64,000 nucleotides of DNA from Squalus acanthias (Eukaryota): NCBI GenBank assembly GCA_030390025.1, contig CM059433.1:30444001-30508000 (forward strand), given 5' to 3'. Below are positions 25,929 to 38,115 of the stretch, one piece after another (within the stretch, counting starts at the first letter, position 1; each line of letters starts with the position of its first letter). Made by a program: the position numbers and the translations under genes. The notes beneath the pieces are model-generated. The model did not search any database. It saw only the letters and a program-made list of their open reading frames with translations, and was not told the DNA's origin.

Positions 25929-26669
25929 GAGTGAAGTTCAGCCAGACCTGTGTGATTTTCCATCCATATGGACAGAACTCACAAATCTTTCCTGTTATCT
26001 CCTGTCCTCCTCCTCACTCACTCTTGACTGCCATTGATAGTGCTATCCCAAGGGTGCGGGTTGGCTATAGGCATCCTAGCAGCAGATGGCACAGGTCTGC
26101 AACTGCCTCCATGCTGACCTGGAATGTGCAGGGGCTGTTGTCCATAGTCATTGCAAGGTAGGTGTGCCAGGGCCTGCCAATGCAGCTGGTGGCGCTATGA
26201 CAGGTGCAAGCAATTGGGCTCATGTATCTGCTGTCTACTTTCATCTTCTTCTACTTCAACCATGAAATGTTGTATTTGGAGCACTTTAAATGCAACCTCC
26301 CTCATTTAATACATTGAATTATATGGAAATTACAACACAGAAACAGGCCGTTCAGCCCAACCAGTCCATGTTGGTGTTTATTCGCCACACGAGCATGTGC
26401 CCGTTCTGTTCCCATATCCCTTTACTTAAAAAAAAATCAGAAAACTTCCACAAAAAAACAAAGATAAACCAGGATTAATGAACAGAAAAGACAACAACAT
26501 ACAAAAGTTGCTTCCTTCATAGCTCTGTTGCGCATGAAGCTTCCCTTTTACCCACTTCAGATGACGAGCAGCGGGTACAACAGGTGGGAAATCATGTCCT
26601 ATGCATTGCAATATTAAAATGAAGTTGTTGCACTAATTGTGCAATAGCAATTTAGGCCAATAGTACTTT

Positions 26670-27515
26670 CGAACATAAGAACATAAGAAATAAGAGTAGG
26701 AGTAGGCTATTCAGCATTTCGAGCCTACTCCGCCATTCAGTAAGATCATAGCTGATCTTCTACTCAAGTTGATCAACTTTCTATAAATTTGCAGGGCTAC
26801 GGGGAAGGGGCGGGGAAGTGGGACTAGCTGAAGTGCTCTTGCAGGGAGCGGCACAGGCTCAACAGGCCGAATGGCCTCCTTCTGTGCTGTAACCATTCTA
26901 TGATTCTAACTCCACCTTCCCACATTATCCCCGTATCCCTTGGTTCCCTTAGTATCCAAAAATCTATCAATCTCTGTCTTGAACATAGTCAATGACTGAG
27001 CAGCCACAGCTCTCAGAGGGTTGTGAATCTTTGGAATTCTCTACCCCAGAGTGAAGAAATGCCTCCTCATCACAGATCTAAATGGCTGACCCCTTATTCT
27101 GAAACTGTGACCCCCTAGTTTTAGACTCCCCATCCAGGGGAAACATCCTCCCAGCATCTATCCTCTCGAGCCCCTTAATAATTTCCTCTGTTTCAATGAG
27201 ATCACGTCTCATTCTTCTAAACTCCAGGGTATATAGGCCGATTCTACTCAAGCTCTCCTCATAAGACAATTCCCCCATCCTGGGAATCAGTCTAGTGAAC
27301 ATTTGTTGCACTCTCTTTAAGGCAAGTATATCTTTCCTTAGGTAAGGATACCAAATCTGTACACAGTACTCCAGGTGTGGTCTCACCAAGGCCCTATATA
27401 ATTGCAGTAAGACTTATTTACTCTTGTACTCCAATCCTTTTGTAATGAAGGCCAACATACCATTTGCTTTCCTAATTGCTTGCTGTACCTGCATGTTAGC
27501 TTTCTGTGATTCGTG
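26670..27515 (-). mobile_element. CR1 3' fragment with a plus-strand CR1 tail (about 26770-26905) nested inside
   Basis: VRPHLEYCVQIWYPY motif; AAGAACAT-type tail at 26670. Confidence 0.85.
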
Positions 27516-28729
27516 GGTGGGGGCCAATAGCACTTTAGGCCAATAGCTCCTTCAGCCAATAGCTCGTTAGGCCAGCCCAAAAGGCTGTCCCTAAAGATTG
27601 TGCAGTGAGCCAACCACTGAAAGGGACCCCCACCCAATTTCCCATCTCCTGCATGCCCACTCCACGTCAGTTTAAATGATGGTGACGAAGAGAATTTCAC
27701 CCCTCTTTTTCGATAGGTATCATGGAGTGAAAAAAAGACAATTCATCCCCACTGAGTCTTTTCCTTTCACAGATCTGCCTTAACATAAAGTGTATCCAAT
27801 TTAGTTTGTCTCTGAGGGAAGATGGAGAGGGAAGAAGTTTTTCACCGCCTCCTCAGCGCTAACTAAGTGAAGCTCCTAAATATCTCTTTAGCTCTTCCCA
27901 GCCACCATTATTCATACTTGACCAGTTCCTCTCCACGGATGATGTCTCCATGGCACCACGGCCCCACAGCATTCCAAAGAGTATGTGAACATTTATATTT
28001 ATAACCTTCGAGACAGTTCCTCACCTTTATATTTATTCAACTCGATTTTTTTTCTTTCAATGTGTTAATCAGCAAAATCGCAGCTGGGTCTGCAGGGAGT
28101 CTGTCCCACACTTCCTAGTCTCTAGTCTTGCTTGAGACATACTAATGCTGTCTACTTCCATGCTCATTGTCCAAGTTAAATAGCCTGTGTATATTTACAT
28201 TATTCATTTTATGTCAGCATTTCGAAGGCACAGAGCATGACCTCGTTCAATTTTTTGTCTAATGAAAACACGGTCAAGTCTGCCAAGCACTCGAATGTCC
28301 TGGAATCATTATTGTCCAAATGGGGGCAGAAAGTGATGCTGGGAGGATTAATGGAGGAGCTGTGTCTGCAGTGTTGGGAAAGATTAAGCAAAGATACACG
28401 ATGGTATTCTGATATGAACATCAAAACAAACCTCAAAATGACATTTGTAATCATAGAATCGTACAGTGCAGAAGGAGGCCATTCGGCCCATCGTACCTGT
28501 GCTGGCTCTGTCCAATTAGCCCCACTCCCCCGCTCTCTCCCCATAGCCCTGCAAATTTCTTCCTAATGTATGTGGGTCTGTTAAATTACACCAGGAACTC
28601 TATTCAGGTGAAGATTAGCACAGGGAAAGACCTACTGGTCCACAGCCTGCCCATACAGTTATAATGCCTTATGCAGTACAGACACTCCCCACTCCATCCA
28701 GAGCTGTGCAATCTCCTGAGAGAGACAAA

Positions 28730-29554
28730 GGGGGCGATTTTGCCAATGGGGAGCTTTTGGAGGCGGGACTCCCACTTGTCGGGTTTCAGTCCTGCCTCCA
28801 TCAACTTCTGGTCATCCCACGCTATTTTCCCTTGATTGACCTTGTTAAGCCCGCCCAGCGGGTTTAGCAGGACCAATTAAGGGAAAGCCGGTTGCAGAGA
28901 ATGTCAAAGTATGACGTTTCATCTGTCAAAAATTTTTGACAGATGAATTGTCATCGTTTGACAGCTCTGTGAAGCTGTCAAACACTGACATTCTCTGTAG
29001 TTTGATGAGGTCTTGAATTCAAGACCTCATCAAACTTCTTTCTTTTAAAGAAATGAGATGGTTGTTGCATCTGAAAATGCAACGGCCATCTGTCATCTGC
29101 AACATGGAGGTCCAAGACTCTCCGCATACACACCGACTGAAGCCTGCAGGAAGAAACAAAGGTAAGTACACTTTTACTAACACTTTGCACTTACCTCAGA
29201 TACTCACCTCTCCACTCTTGCACCCATCACTTACCTTCATAGCACACTTTTGGACCCCACCGACCCCCGCAGATCCCCGCAGACCCACTACTCGTCTCGC
29301 TGATCTGGCGGGTTTCGGAGCCTTCGGGAAGCCCGCACTTGAGGGCAAAAAGGGGATAATCCTATTTTTTGCCTGTTAGCTACCTGTTAACAGGCGGTTA
29401 ATAGGCTTTAATCCCTTCCCGCCTCCAAGGAGACGGGACCCGCCGCCTGGGAAGATGGCATGGAGGCGGGTTGGGCACCCGCCACCAAATTCTGCCATTT
29501 TCTCGGCAGTCCTGCCTCCATACCCGCCTCCCCAGGGCTGGCAAAATCGCCCCC
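28730..29554 (+). mobile_element. PIF/Harbinger-type MITE, family C (825 bp)
   Basis: Perfect 16-bp TIR GGGGGCGATTTTGCCA; AAA TSD on both sides; repeated GGCGGG/CCCGCC; internal hairpin at about 28903-28963. Confidence 0.9.
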
Positions 29555-29579
29555 AAAGAGACAGATAAAAACTCAGACA

Positions 29580-30180
29580 CAAAAGCAAAATACTGCAGAT
29601 GCTGGAAATCTGATATAAAAACAGAAAATGCTGGAAATACTCAGCAGGTCAGGCAGCATCTGTGGAGAGAAAAACAGAGTTAACGTTTCAGCTTGATGAC
29701 CTTTTGTCAGAACTGGAAAAAGTTAGAGATGTAACAGGTTTTAAGCAAGTGCAGGGGCAGAGAAAGGGGGGAGGGCAAGAAAGAACAAAAGGGAAGGTCT
29801 GTGATAGGGTGGAAGGCAGGAGTGATTAAATGACAAACGGGATGATGGGGCATGGCAGAAGGGGGGAGTTATGGGACAAGTTAAGAAACAAAAGATGGGT
29901 CTAGAGGAGGTGTTAACAGCAACAGCAGAATCATTACCAGCACCTGCTGTCCGAAAAAATGGGAGCAGAGGTTATGGTCTGAAATTGTTGATCTCGATGT
30001 TGAGTTCGGAAGGCTTGAAAGGTGAAGTGCTGTTCATCGAGCTTCCGTTGAGCTTCATTAGAACAGTGTAGGAGGCTGAGGGCAGAAAGGTCTGAGTGGG
30101 AGTTGGCAGAGATTTAAAATGACAAGCGACCGGAAGCAAAGCGATCGCTCAATCTGCGTTTGGTCTCCCTAGTGTAGAGA
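29580..30180 (-). mobile_element. Penelope-like element 3' part: GIY-YIG endonuclease remnant plus pseudo-LTR with a mutated hammerhead
   Basis: Minus strand LYTRETKRRLSDRFA...PVACHFKS...QRKLDEQH...ELNIEINNFRP*; CTGACAA...GAAACGTTAACT at 29677-29716. Confidence 0.8.
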
Positions 30181-30619
30181 TAGAAACCCAGCCTTTCTCA
30201 GGAAGACAGCATGCCTGCCTCTCAGCCACACTCTCAGCACTGCCATTGTGGGCGCCAGGCTGCCAGCTGGGCTTGACTGCCCCCTGTCACTGCCGAGGTA
30301 CTGCAGTCTGCAGCTGGGCCCTCTAAGGCCCAGAGGTACTGGAGATCGCCCAACACGGCCATCTCAGGGGTCCTCGATGGATGTTCCGCAGCCTGCCACC
30401 TCCCTTGCTGTAGCCACAGGGGATGCGTCTCGTAGGTAAGGGAGTATGCAAGACAGGCACCGGGGCTTTGCACAAAGGTGATTTTTTTGTTCTTTATATT
30501 GAGTATCAGCTATTCTCAAATGGAGAGTGATGAAGTAGACTTTTTTTCTTGAATTGCTTTTGGTCTTGATATTGTTAGTCATGTCAGGGCAACACTCAAG
30601 AAGTCACATGGCAGCTATT

Positions 30620-30800
30620 GATGATTCTGCCTTTGCCATTTATACCTCATCTAGACTTTCTTAACTTGTCCCATTACCATCTCCTTTTGCCTTGCAGCAT
30701 CATCCTTTTAGTCTTTTAACCACTCCTGCCTTTCATCCTATCACAGACCTTCCCTTTTGTTCTTTCCTGCCCTCCCCGCTTTCCCTGCCCCATTTTCTCT
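30620..30800 (+). mobile_element. Penelope-like 3' UTR fragment
   Basis: Reverse complement of 29760-29935. Confidence 0.7.
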
Positions 30801-31084
30801 TTTTACTCAAGAAGTCGGACTTGATTATCATAGCTCTGCCCCCTAAGTCAACTCAATGCCGAAGCGAATTTCATGGATTTATGCTAGTTTTCTCACTGTG
30901 TCCACTGAGACTGAAAAATGCCGCAAGTAAATGTCTTTAAATTCATGAGTAATTGATTGAAGTGAAATAAAATCTCTGCTCTTTCTTGAGATATTTAATT
31001 CTTTGTTAAAAGCCATCAAAATACTTCTTTGTCGTTGTGCATTAGCGTTAGTGTGTATTGCGTGATCGGTTTATTTTTCAGCTA

Positions 31085-31522
31085 CACGCTGCCCCTCGGC
31101 AACATCATCCGAAAACACAGCATCAGATTCCACATGCACGCTGATAACACCCAGTTCTACCTCACCACCACTTCTCTCGAACCCTCCATTGCCTCTAAAT
31201 TGTCAGACTGCTTGTCCGACATCCAATAATGGATGAGCAAAAATTTCCTCCAACTAAATATTGGGAAGACCGAAGCCATTGTCTTCAGTCCACGCTACAT
31301 ACTCTGCTGCCTAGCAAACGACTCCATCCCTCTCCCTGGCAACTGTCCGAGTCTGTTCACAACTTTGGTGCTGTATTTGATCCCGAGATGATCATCTGAC
31401 CACATAGCCGCTCCATCACCAAGACCTGCCTATTCCAGCTCCGTAACATCGCCCGGCTCCATCCCTGCCTCAGCTCATCTGCTGGTGAAACCCTCATCCG
31501 TGCCTTTGTTACCTCTAGACTT
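31085..31522 (+). mobile_element. L2 LINE RT fragment
   Basis: LPLGNIIRKHSIRFHMHADNTQFY (YADD-like) and FLQLNIGKTE motifs. Confidence 0.8.
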
Positions 31523-31794
31523 TAGTGTGTGTTGTGTGTCAGGTTCAGTGTGTGTTGTGTGCACTTGTGTGGGGCATTGAAGGGCCTGCACAAGCCATTG
31601 ATGAAAGTGAGAGTGGGTAGAAATTCATTTAGGCCCATTGTTTCATTTATTTAGGATGGAGGCTCATTCCGAATCAGGTCTCGGGTCTCTCTTGAATGAT
31701 TCCGGTGAGCAGCGGGTGCCTGTCGGGCCTTCTTCTAAATAAATGGTCAAAAAACATAAATCTCTAACTTAGAATGTTCTTTTAAAATAAAAAG

Positions 31795-32300
31795 TTATTC
31801 ATTCACGCGACGTGGGTGTCGCTGGCAAGGCCGGCATTTATTGCCCATCCCTAATTGCCCTTGAGAAGGTGGTGGTGAGCCACTTTTTTGAACTGCTGCA
31901 GTCCATGTGGTAAAGGTGCTCCCACAGTGCTGTTAGGGAGGGAGTTCCAGGATTTTGATCCAGCGACGATGAAGGAACGGCGATATATTTCCAAGTCAGG
32001 ATGGTGTGTGACTTGGAGGTGATGCTGTTCCCATGCGCCTGGTGCCCTTGTTCTTCTTGGTGGTAGAGGTCGCTGGTTTGGGAGGTGCTCTGACTCTCTA
32101 CCTCTCTCTCATCCTTCAAGGTGCTCCTTAAAACCTACCTCTTTGACCAACTGTCCATCCAGGACAAAGCAGGCCACTTGATTGGCACCCCATCCACCAC
32201 CTTAAACATTCACTCCCTCCACCACCGGCATACCGTGGCTGCAATGTGTACCATCTACAAGATGCACTGCAGCAACTTGCCAAGGCTTCTTCGACAGCAT
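31795..32300. mobile_element. Rearranged 3' fragments of the tRNA-headed LINE family (minus then plus) with a short L2 piece between
   Basis: 31795-32090 is antisense to 20970-21270; 32155-32298 is sense to 20820-20965. Confidence 0.75.
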
Positions 32301-32427
32301 TCAATCCTCCTATGGGATGCTGCAGACCATTATCATTACACAAAGATCCTGGAAACGATTTCCAACAGGTGCTGGCCGCTCCAACAGCCCACAATTCTTT
32401 GTTGTAAGCTATAAGTTCTTCACTTAC

Positions 32428-32451
32428 ATTTTGTCATTTCACAATCTGAAC
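32428..32451 (-). CDS. Candidate 24-nt microexon
   Basis: ttttgcctattttgtag|GTTCAGATTGTGAAATGACAAAAT|gtaagt; frame-preserving; open only in phase 1 (xSDCEMTK). Confidence 0.3.
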
Positions 32452-32804
32452 CTACAAAATAGGCAAAACTGAGGAAAGTTACAGTCAAAATGCTGCAGGC
32501 TAGAAAAAGAACCTTCATGGTTAATCTCTTTCAGGTCTTTGCTTCGCTTTGCGTGCCTTGAGACGCTCATTAGTTGGACTTGCAATATTGATCACCTCAA
32601 TACAGAGGCAAGTTGCTTCTTGCAAAAGCTGACAGCATAACAAAAAACAAATGAAACTTAAAACTGATCCCAATCCCAATTGCGGCCATGAACTGTAATG
32701 CAACTGAGGGTTGCTGATGATCTCAGAAACTGGAAAGAGGCGGATTGACAGCAGCAACAACAACTTGCATTTATATAGCGCTTTAACGTAGGAAAATATC
32801 CCAA

Positions 32805-33697
32805 GGGGTAAAAATTCAGTTGGTTGCGCCTCCCGTTAGCGCCTTAAGAGGGCGCTAATGGGGTGCAAAGCCGCTAACGCCCGGGCGCAGCGATGTTTGC
32901 GCCGCTCGGGAACTTAACTAGAGATTGTGCGGCGGCGCTAAAACTTACCGCTGCGACCACCTGCGCGCGCAGATTGTGACGTCATTCCATGGTGCAATGC
33001 CCTTGTGGCGCCCCGGAGCGGAAATTGAGTGGCGCCCCCTGCCTTACCGCCTGGCGCATCCAACGACCAGAAGACTGGAACGCTATCAATCGCTGTGGGG
33101 CTGGGGGGGGCGCTATTTAAAGGGGGCCTCTTCCTGTCTTTTATTGTTGGTGGCATTTTTGAACTACGCATTCTGAGAGAGAGAGGGAGAGACTTCTGGA
33201 GAGATTCAACGTTGTGTGAAGGAGTTTTGGGTACTGAGCAGCACTTTGCAGGTTCATTTTGATTTGCCATTCTATGTATCGATTTAGCAGAGACTGTGGG
33301 GGCATCACTCTGAGCTCTTTGCCTGGTACTCTCCATTGTTCTTTCCAGCACATTTGATGTGCAAGTCTCTCCAGGCCGAGATTCAAGGCTGCAATGAACA
33401 GGATGTGGATGGAAAGCAAGATTAACCATCCCCTTTAAGAACTGGCCCGTGCCATTGTGTGTGTGTTCCATTGCTGACTGACATTACATGAGCTTCGCCA
33501 GCGCTCCGAGTTAGCGCCTCACTCCTCGGCCTTTGCGCCTTAAGACAGGTGTGCAGCGCCTGCTTTAGCGCTCCACTCACCTCCCGGGGCGGTAAAAGTG
33601 AAGTTTCCAGTCAGTGCCGATAATTAGCGCCAGGCGCTAATATTTGCGTCCAGACGATATTTGCGCCCCAAATGGGGCGCGACCTAATTTCTACCCC
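32805..33697 (-). mobile_element. PIF/Harbinger-type MITE, family B, inverted copy (893 bp)
   Basis: Reverse complement of 22052-22944; CAA TSD (32802-32804, 33698-33700); inserted in an L2-type tail. Confidence 0.92.
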
Positions 33698-33829
33698 CAA
33701 GTGTTTAATGTAAGTCATCGGTATCTCATACTTGTGCGAAAGCCACTTCAGATTAACTGTTATTTCACATCAATTGTGCAGGCAACATCATTCTTCAATT
33801 GTGAGTGTGATGGTTGTGGAATCAAGTTC

Positions 33830-34145
33830 AGCATGATTATCAAACAAATTTGGACACTGAGCCACGTAAGGAGATATTAGGGCAGTTGGTCAAAGAGGTA
33901 GGTTTTAAGGAGCATCTTGAAGGATGAGAGAGAGGTGGAGAGATTTAGGGAGGGAATTCCAGAGCTTAGGGCCTAGGGAGCTGAAGGCACAGCCACCAAA
34001 AGTGGAGTGAAGGAAATTGGGGATGCGCAAGAGGCCAGAATTGGAGGAGTGCAGAGATCTCAGAGGGTGTAGGGCTGGAGGTGGTTACAGAGATAGAGAG
34101 GGCCGAAGCCATGGAGGGATTTGAACACAAGGATGAGAATTTTTT
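33830..34145 (-). mobile_element. L2 LINE 3' fragment
   Basis: Antisense to 15250-15575. Confidence 0.75.
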
Positions 34146-34309
34146 TAAACTCACAAACTCTAAACTAAGGATTGGTTCAGTTGGTAGCACTATGACACCA
34201 GCTAATGGCTGCTCTGTGTAATGTCCTAAGCCAGCTAACAAGATATACACAATTTGTTCTGGCTGTTTGCTGCGCATGATTACAGCCACTCACCGATTGA
34301 GAACATACG

Positions 34310-34712
34310 TATTCTCCTTAGGTCAGAGAAGGTCAAGGGGAGATTTGATAGAGGTGTTCATAATTATGAAATGTTTTGATAGAGTAAATAAGGAGAAACT
34401 GTTTCCACTGGCTGGTCGGTAACCAAAGGACACAGATTTAAGACAATTGACAAAAGAGCCAGAGGGGAGATGAGGAAACATTTTTTTACGCACCGTATTA
34501 TGATCTGGAAAGCATTTCCTGAAAGGGTGGTGGAAGCAGATTCAATAGTAACTTTCAAAAGGGGATTGGATATATACTTGAAGGGGAGAAAATTGGAGAG
34601 CTATGGGAAGAGCAGGGGAGTGGGACTAATTGGAGAGCTCTTTCAAAGAGTTTGACAGGCACGATGGGCCGAATGGCCTCCTGCTGTGCTGCAAGATTCT
34701 ATAATTCGATTA
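34310..34712 (+). mobile_element. CR1 3' fragment
   Basis: MRKHFFTHR motif; GGGCCGAATGGCCT 3' UTR motif. Confidence 0.8.
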
Positions 34713-35367
34713 TATTACTCACTTCACATATAGCAAAACCAATGTGTGGACTGGATTTATACCCTTGATCTGTGCAGCATCTATTGTGTGTCCTTTGATT
34801 TGTTCCCCTCCATTTGGCAGTTTTTCAAATTATAATATGGGACAAACAACACTGTCAGATGGCAACTGACACCCACAGATGAGACCAGAGGATATTAATG
34901 AGCATGGGCTGCATCTGTAGCTCCGCTAGTGACTTGCTTGATGCTTGACTGGAATACTGTCAGAAAAAGCTGAAAGGAATATTCTAGATTCCAATTTTTT
35001 TTTAAATTGATAAAATCCATACCTCTACATTGTTTTGTTCCCCAGATCATTGCCATTGTGCTTGCTGGATATTGCAAAAATATTTGTGCTCGATCCACAG
35101 CTTTAGATGTCTGCCCGACTCACAGATCCCGAGTTACCACATAAAGCACCAAGGGTTCGGAAATCTTCAGGAGCGCACTGGACAACAAGAATTCTACCAC
35201 TACTTGACATTCCTAGCAAAAGACCCCCAAGTCATTCGTTACTGATGATATAATTGCCAGCAAGCTTGGGGCTGATGGGGGTACATCCTGGCATTAGTGC
35301 TAGGATATGCCCACCTGGGACCTCTGACCCTGCTGAAGATCGAGGGGAAGGAGCTCCCTTAATCCAT

Positions 35368-35795
35368 AAAGAAAGAAAGACTTGCATTTATATAGCATCT
35401 TTCACAACCTCAGGATGTCCCAAAGTGCTTTACAGCCAATGAAGTACTTTTGAAGTGTAGTTACTGTTGTAATGCGGCAGCCAATTTACGCACAGCAAGC
35501 TCCCACAAACAGCTATGTGATAATGACCAGATAATCTACTTTTAGTGATGTTGATTGAGGGATAAGTATTGGTCAGGAAACCAGGGAGAACTCCCGTGCT
35601 CTTCTTCGAAATAGTACCATGGGATCGTTTACATCCACCTGAGAGAGCAGACAGGGCCTAAAGACTCATCCAAAAGACGGCACCTCCGACAGTGCAGCAC
35701 TCCCTCAGTACTGCACTGGAGTGTCAGCCTAGATTTTTGTGCTCAAGTCTCGAGTCAGACTTGAACCCACAACCCACTGAGTCACAGCTGACACT
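35368..35795 (-). mobile_element. Deu-domain SINE
   Basis: Antisense to 46198-46880, with (AAAG)n tail at 35368. Confidence 0.85.
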
Positions 35796-35989
35796 GACAT
35801 ATTCAAATGGTGGGTGCCTTCACCACTAGGAGTGCATCTAGGGCTCCTGCCTGTCTGTGTTATAAGCGGAGCCTTTGTAACTGACTTTAGGTTAGTGCCA
35901 TTTTTCCAATATTGCGGGCGATGTAAGTGGTGATGACTCTATTTGAAATCATAACGATACTTTGCAATGAATATTGACCTGGCAATTGC

Positions 35990-36340
35990 TGTGCAGTGCT
36001 GAGGGAGTGCTGCGCTGTTGGAGGTGTCGTATTTCAGTTGAGACGTCAAACTGAGGTCCTGTCTGCCCTCTCAGGTGGACGTAAAAGATCCAATGGCACC
36101 ATTTGAAGAGGAGCAGGGGAGTCCTGGCCAATATTTATCTCTCAACCAATGTCACTTAATAACAAACTATCTGGTTATTATCACATTGCTGTTGGTGGGA
36201 TCTTGCTGTACGCAAATTGGCTGCTGTATTTCCTACATTACAACAGTGATTACACTTCAAAAGTACTTCAATGGCTGTAAAGTGCTTTGGGACGTCCTGA
36301 CGGCGTGAAAGGCGCTATATAAATGAAAGTCTTTCTTTTT
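35990..36340 (+). mobile_element. Deu-domain SINE, 5'-truncated
   Basis: Matches 46303-46600 plus tail; inverted relative to 35368-35795. Confidence 0.85.
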
Positions 36341-37529
36341 AAAACAACAACTAACAGAGCTGGTTTTCAGCTTATTCTCCTGAACAGCACGGAAAAATAG
36401 TTTGTCCAGTCGAGGGTTATGAGTAACACGGCAGTGAGTCTACTGACGGAGCAAGTTAGACGGACAGCAAAGGGAAATAAAAACCGGGAAGTCATTGTGG
36501 AAAGAGAATCAGTGGGAAGCTAGGACCCGAGAGAACAGACTGTTTGTTCAAGAGTAGGGAGAAGGTTAAGAGAAGGAAGAAATCAAAGACTGAGGAGAGC
36601 CCAGATAGAGAAAGCCAGAGTTAAAAGGAGACAGAAAGAGGCTGAGCAGATTGAAAGCCAGGATTAAAAGTCAATAAAATGATTAGCCATATCGCAGAGG
36701 AAAAGTAGGATGTCGTTACAGGAAGGCTAACGCGATGAATCAAAGTTAGAGGTGAAACATTCTAAGAAACCTTCCAATGGAACAGATTGAAAGATTAATG
36801 CGAATAAAAGGACCAAAAAAAAAAAATCGGTATTGTCAGAAAGCTGATTTTAACGGGAACTATGGAAAGCGTTGCAGCGAGTGAATTGAAAGAGATACTG
36901 GATCCAATAACAGCGAGGCAATGAAACCTTGGCGAGAAACTGAAATGAGAAAAAATAGCCTTCAAGATTCAACACATCTGTCTGAAAATATGTAATGATG
37001 ATAAAAGTTTCACGCCAAAGAACGTGCAGGGAATTGAATCACCTGACAGAAGCTTTGGAATAAAAAACAAAAAATGCTGGAAAAGCAGGTCAGTCAGCAA
37101 GACTGAAAGAGAAAGGGCAAGTAAATATTTCATGTGGGACCTTCCGACCAGCCAGCCGGGTACAGAAGTGATGTTATGGATCGGTCACCTGTTGTAGAAA
37201 CCATCCCATTTTCATCTCGATTGAAAACCAATGGAAATGAGAATTGGGCGGATTCTCTAATGGGTGGCCAATCCGAGTCGCTGGTTTTATGCCCGGGCGC
37301 CAACTTGATGATCTACCTCATTGACTCCTTCTTCCTACCGCTGTCTCTTTCATTCTTTCCTGCTTTCTAATTCTCTGCCTTTGTTCTCTGCCTTTGCTTG
37401 TATTCGTACTACTTCTCTCTCATCCTCTGTATGGCTCTTGCGCGTTTTTATTTCATTGCAATGATGATGGCCCTAAATTTCCTTGCCCTCTTCAGCGAGT
37501 TTCTGCCTTAAACTGGTGTAAACTGATTA

Positions 37530-38065
37530 CTGCATTCAGCTCTGGGCACCACACCTCAGGTAGTATATATTGGTCTTGGAGGGGGTGCATTGCAGATTCA
37601 CCAGAATGATACGGGGCTAAAAGGTTTAAATTATGAGGACAGATTGCATAGACTAGACTTATATTCCCTGGAGTATAGAAGATTTGGGAGTGATCTAATT
37701 GAGGTGTTTAAGCTGATTAAAGGAGTTGATAGGGTAGATAGAGAGAAACTATTTCCTCTGGAGGGGGAGTCGAGAACAAGGGGGCATAATCTTAAAATTA
37801 GAGCTAGGCCGTTCAGGGGTGATGTCAGGAAGCACTTCTTCACACAAAGGCTAGTGGAAATCGGGAACTGTCTCCCCCAAAAATCTGTTGAGGCTGGGGG
37901 TCAATTGAACATTTCCAAACTGAGATTGATAGATTTTTGTTAGGCAAAGGTATTAAGGGTTATGGAACCAAGGCGGTTAGATGGAGTTAAGATATAGATC
38001 AGCCGCGATCTAACTGAATGGCGGAACAGGCTCGAGGGGCTAAATGGCCTACTCCTGTTCCTATA
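37530..38065 (+). mobile_element. CR1 3' fragment
   Basis: DLIEVFKLIKG...KHFFTQR motifs and 3' UTR. Confidence 0.85.
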
Positions 38066-38115
38066 TAAAGCGCTTTGGGACGTCCTAGGTTGTGAAAGGC
38101 GCTATATAAATGCAA

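Noticed and set aside
29677..29716. Active hammerhead on the minus strand
   Set aside because: Core box is mutated (CUGACAA) and stem II is disrupted.
22052..33697. Composite transposon or inversion bounded by the two family B copies
   Set aside because: Each copy has its own matching TSD (TAA, CAA), which indicates independent insertions without rearrangement.
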